DNA of 64,000 nucleotides from the human T2T-CHM13v2.0 reference genome, Homo sapiens, in assembly GCF_009914755.1 (NCBI RefSeq), contig NC_060929.1; one strand, 5' to 3'. Positions 15,716-36,770 of the stretch are shown in pieces. Within the stretch, counting starts at the first letter, position 1, and each line of letters opens with the position of its first letter. The translations under genes were made by a program, and so were the position numbers. The notes below the pieces were generated by a model. It did no database searches and was not told where the DNA came from. It was given only the letters and a program-made list of their open reading frames with translations.

Positions 15716-16744
15716 TTAAAATGGAACACTAAAAAATGTTCAAATACTCAAAAAAAAAGCAGGAAAGGGAAAACAGAGGATAAAGATCAGCGAGAACAAA
15801 CAGAAAACACATCCTAAAATGGTAGACTTCAACCCAACATTATGAACATCAACATTATCAATAACAACAGTAAATTAAATGGCTTAAACATACCAAATAA
15901 AACACAGAGTATGTCAGAATGGGTTTTTAAAAACCCACCTGATGGGATCATTCATACCCCAAACCTCAGCATCATGTACTATACCCGTGTAACAAACCTG
16001 CATGTGTGTCCTGAATCTAAAATTAAAGTTGAAATTAAAAAAAAAAACCACCCACCAACTAACTACGTGCTATTTACAAGAAACCCACTGTAAATAGATG
16101 TTATAGGTAGGTAATAAGTAAAAGGGTGGAAAAAGAAACACTAATCAAAAGAAAGTCATAGTAGCTATATGATTTGCAGATAAAGAACTGAAAGGAGACA
16201 TAGACAAATATGCATTATAATTGGAGACTTCAACACTCCTCAGCATTCCACATAAAACAGCCTGAAAATCAGCAAGAATATAGAACTGAATACTAACATT
16301 AACCAAACTTTATCTAATTGATTTATATCTAAAATACTCAACCCAACAATAGCAGAATACACATTCCTTTCAAGTATACATGAAACAAGATCGACCATAC
16401 CCTGAGTCATGAAACAAACCTTAACAAACTATAAAAGCAGCAAAATACAAACTATGTTCTCTGACTGTAATGCAATCAAACTGGAAATCAAATAACAGAA
16501 AGAGAACCAGAAAATCTCCCAACACTTGGAAATGCACTTCCACATATTCAATGCCAGAGAGGAAGTCTCAAGGAAAATAAGACTGAAAATATTTTGAACT
16601 CAACAAAATGAAAATAAAACCATCAATATGTAGGATGCAGGTAAAGCAGAGTTTAGGAGAAAATTTATAGCTTAAATGTTTATATTAGAAAAGGAGAAAG
16701 GTCTCAAATCAATATTCTAAGCTGAAGAAATCAGGAAAAGGTAT

Positions 16745-17075
<331 letters not shown>

Positions 17076-17788
17076 TAACCAAATATAAAGCAAGCACACA
17101 GAAGGAAGGAAATGAAAATAACAGAAACCAGTGAGATGGAAAATGGTAAAATAAGGGGGGTGGGTGGGGAAATCAATGAAACCAAAAGCTGGTTCTTTGA
17201 AATAATTAATAAAATTGATAACCTCAAGCAAGACTGACAAAGAAAAGAGAGAACATACACATGACCAATATCAGGAATGAAATATCACTACAGACACAGC
17301 AGATATATGAAATGATATTAAGGAAATATGCTGAACAATCCTATGCACCTAGATTCAACAACTTAGATGAATGTAACAATTCTTCAAAAAAAAAAAATGA
17401 CCAAAACTCACCCAAGGTGAAGTATATAACCTGAAATTCCTTTAAATATTAAAAAGAAATTGAATTTGTTGTTAAACACTTTGAAAGACATGCCCAAGCA
17501 CAGATTATTTCATTGAAAAATTCGATTAAACATTTAAAAACGATATAACACCAATTCTATATAATCTCTCCCAGAAAGAGAAGATGAGGGGACATTACTA
17601 CATGGGGCAAGCTTTATCCTGATACTAAAACCAGATAGTGTAAGAAAACTACAGGCCAATATTCCTCATGAACATAGACACAAACATTCTCAGTAAAACA
17701 TTAGAGGATCAAATTCAGCAATACATAAAAAGAGTAATATAACACAACCAAGTGGAGCTTATGCCAGGAATGCAAGGCTAGTTCAATG

Positions 17789-18114
17789 CAGTCAGCCTTC
17801 TGTATTTGCAGGTTTCCCATCCTCAGATTCAACCAAGTGTGGATAAAAAAAATTTGAAAAAATAAAAATAAAAAATACCAAACAACAATAAAAGATAATA
17901 CAAATAAAAATACAGTCTAACAACTATTCACCTTACTTTTACATTGTATTAGGTATTATAAGGAATCTAGAGATGATTTAAAATGTATGGAAGGATGTAC
18001 ATAGGTTATATGCAAATAATACGCCATTTTATATAAGTGACTGGAGCATTTGCAGATTTTGGTATCCAAAGTGGGTCCGAGAATCAATTCCCCATGGATA
18101 CCTAGGGATAACTA
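17789..18114 (-). mobile_element. MER2 (TcMar-Tigger non-autonomous DNA transposon)
   Basis: Degenerate terminal inverted repeats (cagtcagccttctgtatt... / ...atacctagggataacta) and internal 'ggttatatgcaaataatacgccattttatataagtgac' matching the recalled MER2 consensus. Confidence 0.75.
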
Positions 18115-18169
18115 TATTTGAAAACTCAAACAAATGTAATCCACTATATTAACCATCTAAAGAAAAACC

Positions 18170-18627
<458 letters not shown>

Positions 18628-19550
18628 TTAGCAAAGAGTTCACAGACATGACATAAGAAGTATAATCAAAGAAAAAAATAAATTGGACTTTATCAAAATT
18701 AAAAGCTTGGCTTTGTGAAAGACATTATTAACAGAATGAAAAAAATCACCCCACTGGCTAGGAGAAAATATGTGCAAATACAAAGAACTCTTGTCCAAAA
18801 TATATAAAGATATCTCAAAACTCCACAGTAAGGACAAGCAAGTTAATTTAAATGGGAAAAAGACCTGAACACACATTTGACCAAAGAGGATATGTAGACA
18901 GCAAATAAGCACATGAGTTGTTATTGAAATGTAAATTAAACCTATGGTGAAGATTACTGCACACCTATTAGAACAGCTAAAATAAAAAACCAGTGACAGC
19001 AAGTATTGGCATGAAGTAGCAACGGTATAACTCATACATCACAGATGGTGATATAAAATAGTGGTCACTCTGGAAGACAGTTTAGCTGTTTCTCATAAAG
19101 CTAAACATACATTTATCATATGACCTATCCCACTCCTGTGTATTCACCCAAGATAAATGAAAACCTATGTCCACACAAAGCCTGCACATGAATGTTAGAA
19201 CAGCTCTATTCATAATTGCCTCAAATGTCCTGCAACAGTGAATGAGTAAACAATGGAATATAACTCCACAATGAAAATGTATGAATTATTGAGATATGCA
19301 ACAATTGGAATGAATGTCAAAGGCATCGTGATGCATGAAGGAAGCCAATATAAAAAATCATATTGTATTATTTCATTTATGTAATAGCCTAGAAAAGACA
19401 AAGCTACAGAGATGGAGAACAGATCAGTAATTGCCAGGGGTTAGGGTGGGAGAAGGATGTGAATACAAGGGTATTTTGAGACGGCTTTTTGGGAGTGATA
19501 AAACTGTTGTGTATCCTGATTGTGGCGATGGTTACAAGAATCTATACATG

Positions 19551-19850
19551 CGGCAGGGCGCGGTGGCTTACACCTGTAATCCCAGTACTTTGGGAGGCCA
19601 AGGCGGGTGGATCACGAGGTCAGGAGTTGAAGACCAGCCTGACCAAGATGGTGAAACACTGTCTCTACTAAAAATACAAAAATTAGCTGGGCATAGTGGC
19701 ACGTGCCTGTAATCCCAGTTACTCGGGAGGCTCAGGCAAAGAATTGCTTGAACCCGGGAGGCGGAGGTTGCAGTGAGCCGAGATCACGCCACTGCACTCC
19801 AGCCTGGGTGACAGGGCGAGCCTCCATCTCAAAAAAAAAAAAAAAAAAAA
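19551..19850 (+). mobile_element. Alu
   Basis: Full-length, TSD AAGAATCTATACATGC on both sides. Confidence 0.92.
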
Positions 19851-20377
19851 GAATCTATACATGCATTAGAATTTATGAAAATGCACATCCCCTCAAAAAG
19901 AGTCAATTTTACTATATGATAATTTAAAAAATAAAAAAAAGACAGCAAAGGGTCATCGAATGTGGAAAATCACCACTAGTCTCTCCTGGTTATCTGTGTA
20001 CCTCTCCCCATACATATAAAATGTCATATATTTCCACCATCCTGTGCTTTCATTCATTCATTATAGACTTATGTAGCACTTAGTATGTGCCAAACAATTT
20101 AAAAATAACTATAGAAGAATTCTGACTAATGGGAAAAACTCAAGACAGGCAATCTCTTCTCCCCTGGGTGTTACAGTAGGAAATTCTTCTTATTAATATA
20201 TTTGTAACGCTAAAAATAATATCAAAGCAATGCTTGGAGAATAAAGTTGTTTTCCCATAAAGTCTTGTGAGGTACAGAAGGTAGATTTTAGAGATAGAGA
20301 AACTGAACCAAGATTCAAGGAGGTTGAGTGATAGCCCCAGTTCAACAGGGTATGGTATTATTAAAACACAATTCTTC

Positions 20378-20740
<363 letters not shown>

Positions 20741-21003
20741 TCAATTTCCAGGCAAGGACTTTAATTCCATTTCACAATGTTTGCAATAATGTGTGCTAAT
20801 GTTGCAATATGTTTCAAGATTCTTAAAATCATTCAGACCTCTGTTCTAGTTATTCCATCTGGGTAAATCTAAGGACATAATGTGAAATACCGGCAACATT
20901 ATGCAAAAGCTGTTTTGAGATCTAGAGGTCTAGACTCACAAGAAATAAGGAAAGCCATGTACTTTACGGTCTTGCCTTTATAAACATTTTAGTAGCAGCA
21001 TAA

Positions 21004-21395
<392 letters not shown>

Positions 21396-21509
21396 CACAG
21401 CCATGTTTTAAGAAGATAAATAATTCTGGGGAAAGGCCATGCGAATACTCATGATGAAAGGAAAAATCAGTAAAGCATTTTCAAGGTCAATTTCAGTAAC
21501 ATCAGTAAT

Positions 21510-22620
<1,111 letters not shown>

Positions 22621-23231
22621 GATATACATAAACTTTACCACACCAATTCTATTAGGATGTTATTCTAATGCTGAAATCATGAATGTGACAAAGATGTTAT
22701 AAAACCGGGGTTGATTATGTAAGTATCATTGCTGTTATAGACAATGAGAAAAATCTTGAAATTACCTAAATGCCTAACAAAGGGACTCAGTTAAATGAAC
22801 AAGGGTGCATATTGGAATGCTATGTAGTTACTAAAACTCTTGGTATAGAAGAGTTTAATGACAGGATGCTAATGCAACACAAAGTGGAAAAAATAATTCA
22901 CTTCCTCACCCCAAAGTGTGTGTGTATAGATGTATATTCTATGTATATTACAGAAAAAGAAATGGAAGGAATCTATTTCAAAGGGGTAACAGTGGCTAAC
23001 TCTGGGTGGAATTATGATTTAAATTTTCTCAATAATAAAATCAGTGCTAAGAATTATTGCTAAGTAACTTGCACTGTTCTAAATTCTATCTCGGTCTATC
23101 TATCATTAAATTGTTTAATTCTTACAAACAACCTATTAGGGAGGTAAAGTAACTTCTTCAAGGTTACAGAGCTGGTAAGCAGTGGAGCTGAAGTTTAGAC
23201 CCAGGGACTGGAGCTCTAGAGAATGAGATTG

Positions 23232-23287
<56 letters not shown>
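23232..23287. repeat. (ATCT)14 tetranucleotide STR
   Basis: Perfect ATCT/GATA run; a second short run at about 23308-23325 precedes an Alu monomer (23325-23455). Confidence 0.95.
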
Positions 23288-23288
<1 letters not shown>

Positions 23289-23936
23289 ACCAAACTGGAA
23301 AGTTTGATATCTATCTATCTATCTATTTATTTTTAATAGCGACAGCATCTTGCTATGTTGCCCAGGTTAGTCTTGAACTCCTGGGCTCAAGCAATCTATC
23401 CACCTTGGACTCTCAAAGTGCCAGGAATACAGGCGTGAGCCACAATGCCCAGCCAAGAATGAGACGTTAACCACTGTGCTGTAAGATCTTTTTGTCTAAT
23501 CTACAGTTTCCAAATTTTCTGTGATGATCACCTTTGGTGATATAAGAGGAAAGAAAGTCATTTTTCAAAATAATCAATCTAACAATAAATAAGAGCTACC
23601 ATCATCGTGGGGATGGAATATGTGTATTTAAAAATTCTTCTATTTGTCTGGGTTTTCCAAATTTCCCTTAATAAATATGGATTGCTTTTTAAATGGAAAG
23701 AAAAAAATACCTCTCAAATAAGGAAAAAGAAAGGTTGATGCCAGCCTCTTAAATCCATGCCCCAAAGGAAAAGTCCATCAACCCTCTAGGGCCAAGGATC
23801 CTGTAGATTTGAGTCAATTGCTTGTGGATCAGACAGACAGGGAGGGAACAGTGGGAGTGCCCAGGTGAACTGGGCAGGTGGGGCCAGAAGGAAGCACCCC
23901 CCACCACCTTGGCCAGTGGAACATCTCTACCCTTAC

Positions 23937-24024
23937 CTTGCAGGGCCTCTTCATTCTTTCCTTCCAGGACCCTTTGCTGCTCATCCAGTCTGTCTCGAAG
24001 CTCTAGCTCCCTTTCCTTCTCCAC
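23937..24024 (-). CDS. CCDC69: CCDC69 coding exon 4 (VEKERELELRDRLDEQQRVLEGKNEEALQ)
   Basis: 88 nt; ccccag| acceptor, AAG|gtaagg donor; coiled-coil composition; contained in ORF 23749..24024. Confidence 0.96.
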
Positions 24025-25073
24025 CTGGGGGCAGAGAGTCCCGGGCAGGACTGAGATTGAGCAGGATCAGCACAGCATCTCTTATCCCCTCACCTGGGCC
24101 TACGTGGAACTTGGTGACCAGAGTCCTAACCCTTCCTCTGAGGGATGGGAATGACACGCCCAGAAAGGACACAAGACTTCCAAGACACAGCAAGCGTGGC
24201 AGAATTTGCCTTCTTTAGGGTTTAGCAGGGGGTTCCCATGTAATTATCCACATGGAAAAGGATTTAGGAGTATTCTAATCCTGATGCTTCCTCAAGGCAG
24301 GAAGCCTCCCATGGTGTTTCTCTGCTTGCGTAAGGCTTACTGTTTCAAGTGACCTCCAACTTCTACCATCAGGTCCCAGATCTGCCCTCTGGGGTCACAC
24401 AGAGCCAGACTGTTCCCTCAACCCAGGCAGCCCCTCAGAGATCTGAGCATAGTGGCCCATATTCCCAACATTTCTCTTCCCCAGGCTGAACCCTCCCAGC
24501 CATTCTCATTGTCCCCCACTTGAGATGTTTTCCAGTCCCTTTGCCACCTGTAAGGTACAGCTGATGGGGCATATCCAGAGGCAAGGCATGACTTAAATTA
24601 GGCATTCTAGCCCCAGCATACCACTGAGTTCCTGGGTAATGAGCTCCCTCCACTGTATAATGAAGGGACTCAACTTGACAATACCTGGGGCCCTTACAAG
24701 TCTCAAGGTTAAGGATTCCACAGGTAATGGTCAGGGCCAAATGACATTACCATGGTAACTCTACCAAAACAAACTAAAGACCAGCAGCTGCATACAGTTA
24801 ACTTACCTTTCATAAAAGGTGTGTTTCTGAAAAATGCGTCTAAGCTAAAACCATTTTAATGTGTGTGGGGGCACTTGCCACAGCCTTCCACCCAGCGAAC
24901 ACCTGAGGGCAGGGTCTGGACCCGATTTCTCCCTGTACCCCTGGCAGTGCTGAGGCCGCACCCTCCCCACACATAGTAATCTCCCCCAGCAAGTCGACTG
25001 GGTGAATAAAATCTAGCAGAAAATCTTTCAGTAATAAATAACCATGTGATTTAATAGAGTGATTAGTTTATAA

Positions 25074-25370
<297 letters not shown>

Positions 25371-25904
25371 GATCTATCTTAAAGCAGTGACTTTAAATTT
25401 CAGAATTTTGAATATTTACCCTGAACATATTTCATATTTATAATTTAAACTAAAGAAAATTTAGAGAAAACTTGTGTACACCACCAAATCTTTCCTGCTG
25501 CTCTACCCATTCCCTCTGGTAAAGGAAGAAATGGAGGCAAAGAGAGGTGAAGGGTGAGTGACCAAGTTAGAATGAGGAAAAGGAAATCCTGGGCTGCAGG
25601 TTACATTCAGTCATCCCATCACTTTAGTGTCCTTCAATCTAGAATTGTTCCCCAGTCTTTCCTCATGTTTCATGGCCTTGACATTTGACTAATATAGGCT
25701 GGAAATTCTGTAGAATGTCCCTCAATTTTCATTTCTGGGTAATTTTAAAGCCTCCGTGTCATCCCTTTAGAGAAGCCTTCTCTGATCCCACAGCCTTGGT
25801 TAAGGGTTCTATTATGTCCTTTCACGGCACTGTAAACTTTTCATAGCACTTATATTTGCAGTAAGTATTTCTGTGTAATTGTGTTTAGCATCTGATGTCC
25901 CATC

Positions 25905-26265
25905 TCAGTCATATAAGCTAAATTATGCTGCCATAACAAACAATGACAAAGTCTCAGTGGCTTAAGACAAAATGTTTATTTTGCCCTCACTACCTACCCA
26001 TTTTGTGTGGCAGGGAGCTCTGCTGCCAGGGATTATCCAGGATTATCCAGGGATAATCACCCAGAGATCAGGCTGATAGAGCGGCCATTACAACAGTCCC
26101 GTCACTTAGCTAGACAGAAAGACCTTGAGGGTCTTGAACTGGCAACTAAATGCTTGCCCTAGAAGTGACACTGGTTCTTCTTTCTATAACGCATCAGCCA
26201 GAACGAGTTCCGTGGTCCCACCCAACCATGAGGTGGGCCCAGAAAGGCAATTAATCTAGTGGCAT
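25905..26265. mobile_element. Old MaLR solo LTR (MLT1J/K-like)
   Basis: 'tatgctgccataacaaacaa...tctcagtggcttaagacaaaa' MLT1 signature. Confidence 0.65.
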
Positions 26266-26521
26266 CAACAGCTTTTACTCTTCCCAAATAGACTCTCAGC
26301 TTCGTGAAAGCAGCTGCCAGCTCTGCTTGTTTTAACCAATGTGCCCAGCACACAGTGCCCTGATAAAAATATGTGTTCAACAGATAAAGGACTCCCTTCC
26401 TGGTAAAATGAGTAAGGGACTCTTACAACAGCAACAAAAACCTAAGGTAGGCACTCACTCTGGGATTCACCAAAGTTAGCTGAGCAGGAGAAAGACAGGG
26501 GGTGGGGGCACCTGGACTTAC

Positions 26522-26628
26522 CTGTTGTGCCCATTTCTTCTTTTCCTCCTCATGTTGCTGGAGAATTCTGGTTATATCCTTCTGGTGCCGCTCAGCCTCC
26601 TCTGATGCACAGAGCTGGACAGTTATAG
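26522..26628 (-). CDS. CCDC69: CCDC69 coding exon 3 (AITVQLCASEEAERHQKDITRILQQHEEEKKKWAQQ)
   Basis: 107 nt; long polypyrimidine tract + ctctag| acceptor, CAG|gtaagt donor; phases 1->0. Confidence 0.96.
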
Positions 26629-26734
26629 CTAGAGATGAAAAAGCAAAAAAATAAAAATAAAAAAACTCACAGAGTGGAAGTACAGTCAGAGCTGGCAGAG
26701 AGAGTGTGGGAAATGGGGCTAAGGGATGAGAACC

Positions 26735-26978
26735 CTGGTCTCTGCCTCAAGAATGATTTCGGGTGGGACCAGTCTCCAGAGACAGCCCCTCGAGTCTCTT
26801 TGGACTTGGAGATCCTCTTTCAAGGAATAAGCCAATGGTCTCATTTTGTCTTCTGGTCTCTGCCTCAAGAATGATTTCGAGTGGGACCAGTCTCCAGAGA
26901 CAGCCCCTCGAGTCTCTTTGGACTTGGAGATCCTCTTTCAAGGAATAAGCCAATGGTCTCATTTTGTCCTCTGGTCTC
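26735..26978. repeat. 118-bp tandem duplication (2 copies + 8-bp remainder)
   Basis: Units start at 26735, 26853 and 26971 with CTGGTCTC; only about 2 mismatches between copies. Confidence 0.95.
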
Positions 26979-27012
26979 CCTGTTCTACCCCATTTTTTAA
27001 AAAATTAGTCGC

Positions 27013-27315
27013 TGGCCAGACATGGTGGCTCACACCTGTAGTCCCAGCACTTTGGGAGGCTGAGGTGGGAGGAGCACTTGAGACCAGGAGTTGGAGACCA
27101 GACTAGGAAACATAGTGAGACCCTATCTCTAAAAAAAAAAAAAAAAAAAAAAAGCTGGGCATGATGGCATGCACCTGCAGTCCCAGCTACTAGGGAGACC
27201 AAAGCAGGAGGATGGTTTGAGCACAGGAGTTCAAGGCTGCAGTAAGCTATGACTGCATCACTGCACTCCAGTCTGCGCAACAGAGCGAGATCCTGTCTCT
27301 AAAATAATAATAATA
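27013..27315 (+). mobile_element. Alu (AluJ-like)
   Basis: Alu arms and tail. Confidence 0.88.
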
Positions 27316-28135
27316 ATTTAAAAATTAGTTGTTGATACTTAATAACTGGGAAGCTTTTACTTAATAATTCTGATTTCCAATTTTTCTTGAAGAATCCAAA
27401 GAAGAACTGGCAATGTATGCCTTCATATCAACCAGGGGCTGGAGCCAGAAGCAGCTGCCTCCTCTTTGGCCGGCCAGGATAGGGCTCTGCAGTTGGCTAT
27501 AGTCTTCACCTCCTGCTGTTATTAAAAATGTATACAAAGGGCCACATGTCATTTGCTTTACCTGCTGGGGCCCATGAGCATCTGAGTTTGTGGCCCCTCA
27601 CCTTTAGCGTCTCCTCAGCTGGTAGTAGAGGGTGCTACTTGAGAGCAGGAAGGAAACACAAACAGGAAGTCTAGCCCCTGCTTCGGGAAACTCCAAAACA
27701 GGACCTGCCAATGCCACACTGAGTCTATCAGATACTAGGTATGACCTAAGGCAGTGGCCATCCTCTCTGTGCCTCAGTTACCTAATACATGGGATCAGGA
27801 TAATTATGGCACCTACCACATGAGTGAGGCTGATATGATTAAATCAGGAAACAATGGCAATAAAAATAGTAAAAGCAGGATAGGAGGACTGAGAGCTTAC
27901 CATGCCTGCAACATGTCCAGCACTGTTCCAAGTGCCTCAGAGGGATGACTCACCTGCTCCTCACAGCTACCCTATAGTCGTGAGTAATATTATTACCCCC
28001 ATGCTACAGACGAGGAAGCTGAGGCTCAGAGGAGTCATGCAACTTGTTCAAAGTCACCCAGTTCAAAATTAAGGGAGCAGGGATATGAACCTACACAATC
28101 TGTTTCCACAGCAAATACTCCTAACTACCACCTTA

Positions 28136-28900
<765 letters not shown>

Positions 28901-28936
28901 CAAATCTGAGATTTTTATTTAGTTGGTCTGTGGTAG

Positions 28937-29275
<339 letters not shown>

Positions 29276-29789
29276 GATAATTCTTATATATAATCAGATT
29301 GGATTTTGTGGTCCAATTACTTATGCGGTACTTGAACTTCACCCACAATATTCCCAACAGCCTCTAGGCTGTAACTAAACACGTTCAGAGATAGGGAGCT
29401 CCTCCTATTACCAGGTAGCTCTGATGATTTTAAATCAACAACCACACAAAAAATTCTTTGAGATTGTGTTGAATTCTGCCTGCATGTTGCTGCTACCCTG
29501 AGGCCTTAATACTGACCTCTGTATCACACTAAACAAGGCTCATCTTTCTTCTCCATTAGGACACTTCAGACATGTGGAGAAAACTGTTGTTTTATGGCAA
29601 CATATATTTTTTTTCTGGATGTAGTAATTTTTATTTTCGTACCATGGACATTTCAAAGAAAAGAAAACAAATATTATTTCATTGTATTTAGCTCTACTCA
29701 TTTGAAAAAGAAAATTAGATATTCAAGTTAGAAGGTTCCCACATGATCCATTACAAATTAAAATTGATTTTAACTTATTTTATATATAT

Positions 29790-29945
29790 GTATATATTTT
29801 TCTTTTTCAACTTTTGTTTAGATTTAGGGGTACGCATGCAGATTCGTTACCTGGGTATATTGGGTGATGCTGAGTTTTGGGTACAAATGATCCTGTCACC
29901 CAGGTACTAAGCATAGTACCCAACAGTTTTTCAACTCTTGCTCCC
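29790..29945 (-). mobile_element. L1PB-like 3' end fragment
   Basis: 'gtacaaatgatcctgtcacccaggtactaagcatagtacccaacag' L1 3'UTR motif in reverse. Confidence 0.7.
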
Positions 29946-29989
29946 ATCCCTCCCTCCCTCCCTCCCTCCCTCCCTCCCTATGGTGACAT

Positions 29990-30290
29990 CTTCTTTCCAG
30001 ATGAACATTCTCTGTTCCTTTAACTGTTCCTTATAGGACATGTTTTCCAGATTCTTCACCAGTCTGATCTTGTTCCATTGTACTCCCTCCAATTTTTTTC
30101 TGGATTCCTCTAAAAATGTATTTTCCAGAAACATATATAGCACTCTAGGTGTGGTATCAACAGCCTAGAATAGGGAAGCACAGGTCAGGACTATTAATTA
30201 CCTCCCTGATTTTAGACACGATACTCCTATTAAGGTAACCTATCTGAGATCTCATGAGATATTTCAGCAGCTGTATCATCTGTGTTGATT
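29990..30290 (-). mobile_element. L3/CR1 LINE fragment
   Basis: Translation KKLEGVQWNKIRLVKNLENMSYKEQLKEQRMF resembles the CR1 ORF2 C-terminal [30 protein letters not shown] motif. Confidence 0.7.
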
Positions 30291-30346
30291 ATAAGGTAGG
30301 AACCTCACAGATGGCAGTTGGGGCCTTTGTGGGGCTGGCTACTCAC

Positions 30347-30422
30347 CTGTGTCCCCATTGAGGGGACCTAATTCATGGGGCTCTGGTCTGGGTGGCTGTT
30401 CTGGTTCTGGTTCTTGGCGCTT
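30347..30422 (-). CDS. CCDC69: CCDC69 coding exon 2 (KRQEPEPEQPPRPEPHELGPLNGDT)
   Basis: 76 nt; acceptor ttcttccag|, donor G|gtgagt; phases 0->1 continue the reading frame. Confidence 0.96.
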
Positions 30423-30839
30423 CTGGAAGAAATGAGACAACAGCAAGGCGTGGGTAGAGGGTGGGAGGTCAATGCGAGGACGGGCTGCTATAGTGGGACT
30501 CTTCCAAAGGCAAGGCAGGACCTTCAGTTACACCAGACCCTGCCCCACGCCTGCGCATTGGGCTGCCTCGCAGCCCCAGGCAGCAGACCCTCTACCGGGG
30601 GAGGGGCCCCAGAACAGGACTTCTCATCCCTGTCAGGGAAACCCTCAGGGGAGTTTGACACTGCTTGACCTGTCCCTAGATCCTTGCAGTCTGGCTCCTG
30701 CTGCCATCCCTGGGGGCCTCTCAGACCACCTCTTTCTTCTCCCGGGATCTGGCCGGACCTGCTATTACCCTCACTCCAGCTATGCACTTGAGGTGCCCTA
30801 GAAACCTCCCAACCCCCAATTCGGAGATGATTTTTGCTT

Positions 30840-31425
30840 GGAGAAAACTCAAACCATTTTTTCTCTGCTCTCACACCACAATAATCATCCACACAGAAGA
30901 AGACTTCTGTGTGTGTGGGAGGGGCTCTCCCCATCAGTGCTGCAGCAGACATCAGCTGGGTGTCCTCTAATTCAATTCTGACACTATCTACCTGGAGATA
31001 GTGTCACAAGTCTGGGCCTCCAGAACTTTTGACAGATGGGCTTCAAGTTGAGGTTTCCTTGACCTCCTCTTTGGGTTTGATTAATTTGCTGGAGTGGCTC
31101 ACAGAACTTGGGAAAACACTTACTTATAATGACTGGTTTATTGTAAAGGATAGTACGAAGGATGCAGATGATGAGCTGCATAGGACAAGGTATGGGAGAA
31201 AGGGAGGGAGCTTCCATGCCCTCCTTGGGGGCTACCATCCAGGAACCTCCATGTGTTCAGCTATGCGGAAGCTCTCCAAACCCAATCCTCTCGGGTTTTT
31301 CATGGAGGCTTCATTATGTAGGCATGATTGATTAAACTATTGACCATTGGTGATCAATTTGACATTCTAGTCCCTCTCCCCTCCCCAGAGGTTGTCGGGT
31401 GGGGGTGAAAGTCCCAAACCTCTAA
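30840..31425. mobile_element. ERV solo LTR (MER21-like)
   Basis: 'gctgggtgtcctctaattcaattctgacactatctacctggagatag' and 'ttaatttgctggagtggctcacagaact' recalled MER21 motifs. Confidence 0.7.
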
Positions 31426-31534
31426 GAGGAATAAGTAATACAAAAGGGCTTTCTGCATCACAAAGCAGTGTCAGTGGCTCCCAGATTTCATAAATGAGTA
31501 ATTTTTAAAAAATTTAATTAATTAACTAATTAAT

Positions 31535-33239
<1,705 letters not shown>

Positions 33240-34325
33240 CTATGAAAATGTTCGACAAAAATTATTAAAAATGTCCTAAACTGAAGAACCACTGAAATAC
33301 TTCTAGAAAGCATGCTTCTCACTGGGGAGGGAAGATGTATCAAGGGAAGTCTTCTAGAATAGCCTGCTTCTCCCCCATGGTGCTGGGCACAGAGCCTGGC
33401 ATGTGTAAGCCCCTGGAGGACTGAGGGAGTCATGGGGCCTCCCCCAGGTCCTCGTGCCCCAAATCTGCTGAGTGGCTGGGCAGACCTGACAATTTAGCTC
33501 CCCCACCACCCTGGTGAAGACTCAATCCTCCCTTTCCAGGGAAGAGGAGGAAGCCTGGTCCAGGCACGACTCAGAGAAGCTGTCAACTCCGGAATCTGGG
33601 GAAGTGACAGCAGCCAGCCTCCCCACCCTGGGCTGGAGGAAGAAGGGAGATAAACATAAATGGTTGTCTCTTCCTTGTTGCCACGACTGATTAGCTGAAC
33701 TCAGACAATGTTTTTATGGGAGCCAGAAGGCCTAGATTCTAGTGCCAGCTCTGTTACAAACTTGGGCAAATCCCTTCCCACTCTGGCTTCTGCTTCCTCC
33801 TCTGTGAGGTGGGGATGAGGACGTCTGGTGGTTTAACTGGATGATCCCATAGTGTTCAAACTCTAAGCTCTCATCTCAGCTCCTCTCAACAGCACTGTGA
33901 GGTAAAGGTCACTACAGGCGAGGAAACTGAGGCTCAGGGAGACTTAAGACACTGTCACACTGTGCCATAATGTTCAAATCAGCATTAGAACCAGGTGTGA
34001 GAATATCAGAGACTGCAGAGCAGAGTGGTTAAGAACTCCAGAATTCTAGAATCACACAGATCTGGGTTCAAATACTAAATCCAACACCGTGTGACTGTAT
34101 GACCTCTCCATGCCTCGGATTTCTCATGAGGCTCTTTTAGGATGAGATGAAATAATGCAACTGCAGTGTCTTGCACATACTAAGAGCTCAAATATTGCAT
34201 AAGACGATTGCCATGTTTCACAAACATGGCAAGAACAAAGATCCCACGTCATCTGCTTTGGCAGACCTCTTGGGCTGCCCCTGGGTCTCAGTTTTGTCAT
34301 CTGAAATAAGTTCATAATCTCATGA

Positions 34326-36770
<2,445 letters not shown>

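Noticed and set aside
26735-26978. CRISPR-like or array-like repeat
   Set aside because: Only two contiguous copies with no spacers, in eukaryotic DNA; a simple tandem duplication.
29931-30143. 70-aa ORF with protein-like composition near exon 2
   Set aside because: Matches the L3/CR1 LINE ORF2 C-terminus; a repeat remnant, not a CCDC69 exon.
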